Source: an uncultured Alphaproteobacteria bacterium | GTDB lineage: Bacteria; Pseudomonadota; Alphaproteobacteria; RF32; CAG-239 | Direction of reading: 5' to 3' | Length of the DNA stretch: 64,000 nucleotides | Assembly (NCBI GenBank): GCA_934254915.1 | Contig: CAKQMH010000005.1 | Span: 23,359 to 87,358, forward strand | Shown here: in pieces, positions 1 through 5,879 of the stretch | How the letters are laid out: every line of letters begins with the position of its first letter | Numbering within the stretch: the stretch's first letter is position 1 | The notes under the pieces: model-generated | The model's input: only the letters and a program-made list of their open reading frames with translations | What the model was told of the DNA's origin: nothing | The model's database searches: none | Made by a program: the position numbers and the translations under genes

Positions 1-884
1 TCATATTTTGCCCATGGACAGTGATATAATTTATCTTTACGGTCTATAACATCTGCTAACAAATCTCTATCCGCAAGAGATTCATCTTTTACAAAAGAAT
101 TTCCAAGTTGGTATAAATCATGATAATGACGAGAATATCTCGCCGGCGTATGATTGGGTTCTTCTGTATCCTTTTGCTTATTGTATTTTGTTGCCGGACG
201 GTAGAACTCTCTATGCAGAATTGTCGCCTTATCCCAAAAGGTTCTGATAGGTTTTACTGTTGGTACGATACAACTTTCTAATCCCAGTTGAGGAAGAGCT
301 TGGGCAACATAAGATGTGATTTTTCTATCCTCACAAGGTGTTCTCGCTGACATTATTCCAATTTCAAGCAATATATCAGGGCGCAAATATACATCATTTG
401 TTGATTTTGGATAAACGATATGCAACGATTTATTATCTATGCTTATCGGGTTGTATGTAGGCATTATTTCAGCATATTCAGCATCAGTATAAACTTTAAC
501 AATATCACCTAATGCATTCTCTATTTTTGATTTCAAAATTGTTGATACATAGGTTGCCGTTTTTTCTGACATAATATCTGCAAATTCTCTTTGTTTTTTA
601 TAGGAAGATTTGAAAATATCCTCATCTCCAAGGACAAGAGATTTATCTAAAATCAAATCAAGATCTTCCGAAAATCTTTTTATAAGACCATAACCTTTAG
701 AAAGGGAAGTTCCTCCTTTGAAATGCAATGCATCTCTCAATTCTGTATCAGAAAATATTTTTGCAAGCACAAAACAAACCCAAAAATCTTTTTCAATCAT
801 GGCCAAAGGAATATGTGTAGATTCAGATACTTTTGTAAATAAAATACTTCTTTCTTCCGCTGATAATTTAACTATTTGCTTCAT
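1..884 (-). CDS. AbiEii/AbiGii-family nucleotidyltransferase toxin (type IV TA / abortive infection); C-terminus runs off the window
   Basis: Hand translation from ATG at 884 gives MKQIVKLSAEERSILFTKVSESTHIPLAMIEKDFWVCFVLAKIF...LHFKGGTSLSKGYGLIKRFSEDLDLIL...YHCPWAKY. The FKGGTSLSK and RFSEDLD motifs are typical of the family. The frame is open to base 1, so it has no stop and is absent from the ORF track. It overlaps the upstream gene stop by 17 nt. Confidence 0.8.
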   Translation of the reverse strand, partial: MKQIVKLSAEERSILFTKVSESTHIPLAMIEKDFWVCFVLAKIFSDTELRDALHFKGGTSLSKGYGLIKRFSEDLDLILDKSLVLGDEDIFKSSYKKQREFADIMSEKTATYVSTILKSKIENALGDIVKVYTDAEYAEIMPTYNPISIDNKSLHIVYPKSTNDVYLRPDILLEIGIMSARTPCEDRKITSYVAQALPQLGLESCIVPTVKPIRTFWDKATILHREFYRPATKYNKQKDTEEPNHTPARYSRHYHDLYQLGNSFVKDESLADRDLLADVIDRKDKLYHCPWAKY

Positions 885-1494
885 TTGAAAGTTCCTTTGC
901 TTTTGCAATTACTTCTAATATCCAAGATGTCACTTTTTTAGCTTTATATTCAATTTTTATCCATTCATCATGTGAAAAACATTTTGAAAGTTTTTTAACA
1001 AAATCATCTTCATTAGCAGCTATTTTGCCTAATGCGGCAATAGATTGAACGACAAGATTCGTATTTTTATCATTTATTGAAATGGTTTTAGAATTTAACT
1101 CTTTAAATTCTAAAATTGTGCCATTTATATTATATTTACGGTGTCTACCGCTTGATAAATAAATATACTTAGCCGGTACCTGCGTAGATAAACCTAAATA
1201 AAGAAGAGCCGTATTTCCTTCCGGAAAAATTTTCCAATCATTTTTTTTGGCAATTCCTTGAGCAATTATTCCCATATCCGGCGTAACATACTCTTTAAGT
1301 AACTGGCTATACCGAGGAAAAGCATAAAACCCTGGAATAATGCGAATGATTTTGCCTTCTTTTTCCAAATCTGTAAGCGAACGATCAACTTCCCATCTTT
1401 TAAATTTGGGTATAAAATCTTGAGAAGAAAAAACCGTTCCTCTTCCTTTTTTTTGGATTAAATAAAGTATTTTATCCTTTATAGCTTCAGACAT
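868..1494 (-). CDS. AbiEi-like antitoxin / wHTH regulator (DUF6088-type partner of AbiEii)
   Basis: The 208-aa ORF lies immediately upstream of, and overlaps, the AbiEii gene. The segments GTVFSSQDF...EGKIIRIIPGFYAFP and ALLYLGLSTQVP match my memory of AbiEi/DUF6088 proteins. An RBS AGAGAGG precedes the ATG. Confidence 0.6.
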   Translation of the reverse strand: MSEAIKDKILYLIQKKGRGTVFSSQDFIPKFKRWEVDRSLTDLEKEGKIIRIIPGFYAFPRYSQLLKEYVTPDMGIIAQGIAKKNDWKIFPEGNTALLYLGLSTQVPAKYIYLSSGRHRKYNINGTILEFKELNSKTISINDKNTNLVVQSIAALGKIAANEDDFVKKLSKCFSHDEWIKIEYKAKKVTSWILEVIAKAKELSNEANS

Positions 1495-1505
1495 ACAGAC
1501 CTCTC

Positions 1506-1538
1506 TTTTGTAGAAATATGGACCATTTTTCTACAAAA
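1506..1538. promoter_or_regulatory. Perfect 11-bp inverted repeat TTTTGTAGAAA-N11-TTTCTACAAAA just upstream of the abiEi RBS; candidate autoregulatory operator or 5'UTR hairpin
   Basis: Read directly: arms at 1506-1516 and 1528-1538 are exact reverse complements. AbiEi antitoxins are known to repress their own promoter through inverted repeats. Confidence 0.4.
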
Positions 1539-1934
1539 ATCAAGATAAAATTTCAAAACGCAATTTATTCTTCATTTAATTAACTTTTAGTTGATGGCCA
1601 TCGGTATTGGAAATAAGTGCATTAAATACCATTCTTTTAAATAGCTCCTTAGCATCAAATTTTGCGGAATTGGAAAATATGCTCTTGAAAGCATCTTATT
1701 TAACATAATACGCTCTTGAGAGCTGTTTTATCTGATCAGCATTTAATATAGTATCTTCGAAATTTGTGAGCAAAATAATGCTCTTATTTTAGAAATAGAT
1801 GCTATTTTTCTAAAAATATATTTTATTAAAAAAGATATTATAAACTACTGTAACCGTAATGTATTAAAACAAAAATAAAAAACAAGCATATTTTACGTCT
1901 TGAAAAATGATTATTTTGCAAACATTTGTAGTTT

Positions 1935-2646
1935 TTAATTTTTATCAGATAAATTGTCATTTAACGCGGTTTTCATCGCATAAACACCGATAGGAAGCAA
2001 CTCTGACATTATATCCATATAAAAGCCGAGATATTGGGCGAGGCTAAGCGCTTGCGTCAGACCAGGCTCAGAGAGTTTGAGCAAAATCTCCCAAGCCTGA
2101 TATCCTTCCACGGTTTTTAAGGCTGTTTCGGTGTAACGGCATTTGTGGAATTGACAGAGGTTTTCGCTATCGACGCATTCGTCGCAATAGTTTCGCCCGT
2201 CGCCGAAGTGCCGTTTGGCTCGGGCGTGGAGGCGTTTTTTCCGCTTCCAACAACTCCTGCAGTCCGCAATACTGATTACGAAAGTTCTCCGCCACAGCCC
2301 AAAAATTTGAAAATAGCTCGTCAATTTTGCTTTCCGTCAATGGCGCGGCTCTGTCTTTATCGGCTTCAAACATGCCGTTCCATTCCAAAATTCCGGCGAC
2401 GCCAAGCCCGATAAGCAAGTATCTATCCGCCAACGCTTCTCGCTTAATCGGATTTTCCACATCTTCAAGCACCGACAGACCCGCCGCCTTGTTGGCTTTA
2501 TACTCTTTGGCCAAGTCCGCCAATTTGGCGTTCATATAGGCTTTAGCCTCGTAAAACACGGCGGAATTACATGGTTTGACTTTAACTTTCACGCCATAAC
2601 CAAGCTCAAGCCAATACGGTTCTTTATTTACTTTTAACCTTAACAT
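1935..2646 (-). pseudogene. Island gene of unknown function split over two overlapping frames (2167..2646 and 1935..2324), joined by a 1-nt shift at an A6 run (T6 on + strand, 2235-2240)
   Basis: The upstream frame ends ...NFRNQYCGLQELLEAEKTPPRPSQ... . Removing one A from GAAAAAACG continues as ...EAEKRLHARAKRHFGDGRNYCDECVDSENLCQFHKC...LSDKN in the second listed ORF. The start ATG at 2646 overlaps the recombinase stop (TGATG). Confidence 0.4.
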
Positions 2647-3893
2647 CAATACTCCTCCACATCGTTAACAAGAGTTACCGTCATCATCCGACCGATTTCC
2701 TTATTTTTGGCTCCTTGAAAATCATAGGAATACTCTATGCCGTTCGGCCCGTCTATGGAGCGTTTGGGTTTCGGCAAATAGACCTCGTGGCAGGTTATGA
2801 CGAGTTTCAAACTATCCGAAATCTGATAGCCGAGTTCCAAATCAACCGGCGTTCCGCTTCGAGCCTTGTCTAATAAAACATTGTCAAGCTCGCCGGCCGG
2901 GATGTTGCCGACCTGACATTGTTTGTAGCCTTCTTTAATCACCCGCACCGAAGAATAGTAGCCGTAAACCTTGTTCTTTTTGTTGGAATTGGTGGCGACC
3001 ATCGCCGAATGGCAACAATCGCAATAAATATAGCCTTTGAGCAGAGAGTGTTCCACAAAACGGGAAAGCGCCAACCGTCCGCCTCGGTTGGTTTTCTTTA
3101 TCTCTTGCACCTCGTCAAAAATTTCTTGCGAGACAATGGCTTCGTGCTGTCCGTCGTAAACGGCGGTTTTGTGCGGAACTTTGCCGACATATATCACATT
3201 GCGCAGAATTTTGTTCACTCGCTGATGATTAAATTGCTTGCTGCCGGTTTTGCCCATGGTGGTGTATCCGTGGGCGTTAAGCCAATCCGACACGGCTATC
3301 TCGGAGCGCATGACCAAATATTTTTCAAAAATCAGACGCACCACCGCCGCTTCAGCTTCATTAACCACCAGCTTTTTATTGACGGTGTCGTAGCCAATCG
3401 GAAGGCATCCGCCCATCCACATGCCTTTTTTCTTGGAGGCGGAGATTTTATCCCGGATGCGCTCGGTTATCACTTCTCGCTCAAATTGAGCGAACGAAAG
3501 CAACACATTGAGTGTCAGTCGCCCCATGGAATCATAGGTGTTAAAATTCTGCGTCACCGACACAAAAGAGCAATGATGCTCGTCCAGCACCGCCACCAGC
3601 TTGGCGAAATCCACCAGCGAGCGGGTCAAACGGTCTATTTTGTACACCACAATCATATCCACCAAACCGTTTTCGACATCGCTCATCAGTTGTTGCAAGG
3701 CCGGACGATTTAAGTTTCCGCCGGAAAATCCGCCGTCGTCGTAACGGGTCGGAATAATCTTCCAACCTTGATACGACTGGCTTTTAACATAGTTTTCTCC
3801 GGACTCTCTTTGCGCCTCCAGAGTGTTAAACTCCTTGTCCAAGCCTTCTTCGGTGGATTTTCGGGTGTATATGGCGCATCGCACGGTGTTCAC
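2646..3893 (-). CDS. Large serine recombinase (resolvase/invertase N-domain + recombinase domain + Zn-ribbon-like Cys cluster)
   Basis: N-terminus MNTVRCAIYTRKSTEEGLDKEFNTLEAQRE with the catalytic-Ser context YTRKST. Also VVYKIDRLTRSL, FAQFEREVITERIRD and the Cys cluster YIYCDCCHS. Confidence 0.9.
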   Translation of the reverse strand: MNTVRCAIYTRKSTEEGLDKEFNTLEAQRESGENYVKSQSYQGWKIIPTRYDDGGFSGGNLNRPALQQLMSDVENGLVDMIVVYKIDRLTRSLVDFAKLVAVLDEHHCSFVSVTQNFNTYDSMGRLTLNVLLSFAQFEREVITERIRDKISASKKKGMWMGGCLPIGYDTVNKKLVVNEAEAAVVRLIFEKYLVMRSEIAVSDWLNAHGYTTMGKTGSKQFNHQRVNKILRNVIYVGKVPHKTAVYDGQHEAIVSQEIFDEVQEIKKTNRGGRLALSRFVEHSLLKGYIYCDCCHSAMVATNSNKKNKVYGYYSSVRVIKEGYKQCQVGNIPAGELDNVLLDKARSGTPVDLELGYQISDSLKLVITCHEVYLPKPKRSIDGPNGIEYSYDFQGAKNKEIGRMMTVTLVNDVEEY

Positions 3894-4303
3894 GCTTTGC
3901 CTCCTATGCCGAAAAAGAACCTGCCGGATATTTTTCTTCCGGTTATCTTTTTAACCACGGCGGACAGCGTTTTGTAATACACGCCTTCAAACTGGAAACC
4001 GGCGGTGGAAATCATCACATTGTATTCCTTGCCGCAATAGGTTTTAACCAGTCTCGTGCCAATCGGCGGCATCGATCCGTCGTCTTTTTGCTCCGCTCGT
4101 TTCATGACTGTTTTGCCCAAAAGCAGTTTGCGAACGTTTTCCGAAACGCCGCCATATTCAAGCTCCTGCATGCGATAAGCCAAACGAGGGATATAAAAAC
4201 GTTTGGTTTTCCAAATCGGCTCGCTGTCAAAATATTGCCGCCACAAGGATTTCAACTCGCCGACACTCATATCGTTAAGCTTCAGGACTTCTTTTTCCAC
4301 CAT
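3890..4303 (-). CDS. DUF2924-domain protein (usual upstream partner of large serine recombinases in alphaproteobacterial elements)
   Basis: Segments ELKSLWRQYF...RLAYRMQELEYGG...GTRLVKTYCGKEYNVMISTAGFQFEGVYYKTLSAVVKKITGRKISGRFFFG. The ATG at 4303 lies 6 nt after AAAGGAG, and the 3' end overlaps the recombinase start by 4 nt. Confidence 0.7.
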   Translation of the reverse strand: MVEKEVLKLNDMSVGELKSLWRQYFDSEPIWKTKRFYIPRLAYRMQELEYGGVSENVRKLLLGKTVMKRAEQKDDGSMPPIGTRLVKTYCGKEYNVMISTAGFQFEGVYYKTLSAVVKKITGRKISGRFFFGIGGKA

Positions 4304-4448
4304 TTTCAACTCCTTTCTTAACAGTATGAATGCTTGGATTTTCTTTATTATCCAGTTCTTTTTGCGTTAATTCCGAACAATTTTGACCGGTAATCCAAGC
4401 CAGCAGTTCGGGTAAAATCAGTTTGATTATTTTTTGTGTTTCAGTCAT
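4275..4448 (-). CDS. Small hypothetical protein (57 aa), first gene of the recombinase operon
   Basis: An internal ATG at 4448 is preceded by GAGGTG (MTETQKIIKLILPELLAWITGQNCSELTQKEL...). I recognise no family. The longer 102-aa version in the track lacks an RBS. Confidence 0.3.
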   Translation of the reverse strand: MTETQKIIKLILPELLAWITGQNCSELTQKELDNKENPSIHTVKKGVENGGKRSPEA

Positions 4449-4769
4449 TTTTATCACCTCTGACAGAAACACCCGCGGAAACAAAAAATCGGAGCCACTT
4501 ATTTTTATCTTGCGCGATTGCCCAAGGTATATAGGCAAAAGGCACCAAATTAAGAAAGTCGCCGAAAACAGTCCTTCAGACAAGCGGCAAAGCCTTGGCC
4601 AGCTTTGATGGGCGTGATTTTGACGCTTCAGAACTTCACAAAAGTATATAAACGGGGTGTTTTTCAGGGATTTTAGGGTAAAAATCGGGCGAGCGTGAAA
4701 ATGGCTACGCCCATCAAAAATAAAAATAAAGTCGGCGGTTCTTGGGCTGTTGCGGGAAATCGCAGATAC

Positions 4770-4797
4770 AAAAAAAGAGGAAGTAAAACTTCCTCTT
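4770..4797 (-). terminator. Rho-independent terminator downstream of tRNA-fMet
   Basis: Hairpin AGAGGAAGT-AAA-ACTTCCTCT (4776-4796), followed on the minus strand by a T-run. Confidence 0.6.
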
Positions 4798-4805
4798 GCC
4801 TTTAG

Positions 4806-4882
<77 letters not shown>

Positions 4883-4943
4883 ATAGAATAATTGTTTATT
4901 ATGCTTTTATGTGAGCTTTGTCAAGCTTTATTTTGCAAAAAAA

Positions 4944-5012
4944 TTACAGTATCAATGATATTGCAATTGCAAACACAAAAACCAGTAAGATTAACCAATG
5001 CCAAAATTTCAT
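4944..5012 (-). CDS. Candidate 22-aa hydrophobic small protein (MKFWHWLILLVFVFAIAISLIL)
   Basis: Below the ORF-track cutoff. The ATG at 5012 is preceded by a strong SD, TAAGGAGGTAACGGAG. It has a single predicted TM helix and lies between cspA and tRNA-fMet on the same strand. Confidence 0.4.
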   Translation of the reverse strand: MKFWHWLILLVFVFAIAISLIL

Positions 5013-5060
5013 CTCCGTTACCTCCTTATTTCATAAATATATGCTTTGATTAACCACAAA

Positions 5061-5088
5061 CAAGGCCTTCCCATAAGGGAAGGCCTTG
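5061..5088 (-). terminator. Stem-loop downstream of cspA
   Basis: CAAGGCCTTCCC-ATAA-GGGAAGGCCTTG is a 12-bp perfect stem. The T-tract on the minus strand is only weak (TTTGTGG). Confidence 0.5.
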
Positions 5089-5110
5089 TGACGTTAAGAA
5101 CGATGATTAT

Positions 5111-5314
5111 TTAGATTAACGTGATATTGCCGGCGGCAATGCGGCCGCGGTCATCATAATAATCAAATGTGACACGCTGCCCGTCCGGCAAAGATTTCAG
5201 CCCGATTTTTTCAAGCTGGGTAATATGAACAAAAACATCTTTCGAATTGTTATCGGGTTTGATGAAGCCATAACCTTTTTGCGAATTAAACCATTTAATC
5301 GAACCATAGTTCAT
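5111..5314 (-). CDS. cspA: Cold-shock protein, CspA family
   Basis: A 67-aa protein with GSIKWFNSQKGYGFIKPD (RNP1) and DVFVHIT (RNP2). RBS AAGGAG. Confidence 0.92.
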   Translation of the reverse strand: MNYGSIKWFNSQKGYGFIKPDNNSKDVFVHITQLEKIGLKSLPDGQRVTFDYYDDRGRIAAGNITLI

Positions 5315-5607
5315 AGTCTTGTCTCCTTAAAAGTTAAAAATAAAAGTTCGTCGAATTACTGATTAGGACTTTATTATAGCGTATGGGAAAACAAAGTGGT
5401 AGCCGTATTTTTCGGTAACCGTGTACGAAAAATTAGGACGCCGAAATCGAGCAAAAATCCTCGCTAAACGGCACTGAGTAAAAGTTACGAGAGATTTACC
5501 ACCCTACATAACATTTCATTCACGCCAATTTAAATAGTTAACGCTTAAACGATTATTTAAGTGTTATCGATAAAAAATGGGGCTTAGAATTATGGCTATG
5601 GTAAGGG

Positions 5608-5840
5608 AATAAGGCCGCGATTCTTTCACGTTATTCAAAATGATGACAATGTTAGTGCCGTCACTGACGGACGGCACAGAAAATAAGGCCGAGACCCTTC
5701 GACTACGCTCAGGGTGACAATATAAGTGCTGCGACTGGTGCGCAGCCCAGAAAATAAGGCCGAGATTCTTCCACGCGCTTCGCTTGGTCAGAATGACATT
5801 GGTATAAAAACGCTTGGTCAGAATGACATTTAAATTAAAA
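5608..5840. repeat. Tandem array (about 3.5 units of 71-74 nt) of a mosaic palindromic repeat
   Basis: The AATAAGGCCG box recurs at 5608, 5682 and 5753. Hairpins are at 5655-5677 (GTGCCGTC/GACGGCAC) and 5726-5746. CGCTTGGTCAGAATGACATT is duplicated at 5781-5800 and 5811-5830. Confidence 0.8.
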
Positions 5841-5879
5841 CGCTTTAGGCGGAATGATAATCGTAAAATTACGGTATCA

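Larger units (their letters stand above)
1..4805. mobile_element. Partial integrative island inserted at the 3' end of tRNA-fMet (left boundary outside the window)
   Basis: It holds a serine recombinase + DUF2924 + AbiE module, all co-oriented with the abutting tRNA. Composition is mosaic by eye: the AbiE part and the 1.5-1.9 kb spacer are very AT-rich, while the recombinase part is GC-richer than its neighbours. Confidence 0.5.

Noticed and set aside
1935-2646. Phage tail-assembly-chaperone style programmed -1 frameshift
   Set aside because: The shift required is +1/-2. The A6 context does not form an X-XXY-YYZ slippery heptamer in the zero frame, and no other tail genes are present. It is kept only as a low-probability alternative in the finding.
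2919-3713. 264-aa ORF on the + strand
   Set aside because: It lies entirely antisense to the well-supported serine recombinase gene. The sequence is His/Arg/Phe-rich with no RBS and looks like a shadow ORF.
4746-4765. GGGCTGTTGCGGGAAATC resembles the tRNA 3' end (TGGTTGCGGGGGCAGGATTTG); possible att-site remnant
   Set aside because: Only about 8 contiguous identical bases (GTTGCGGG), which is too short to distinguish from chance. The real distal repeat would lie outside the window.
5608-5840. Could the tandem repeats be a CRISPR array?
   Set aside because: The units are contiguous, about 71-74 nt mosaic copies with no unique spacers between them. No cas genes are present, and copies are dispersed at other loci. 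This fits a REP/BIME-like element rather than CRISPR.
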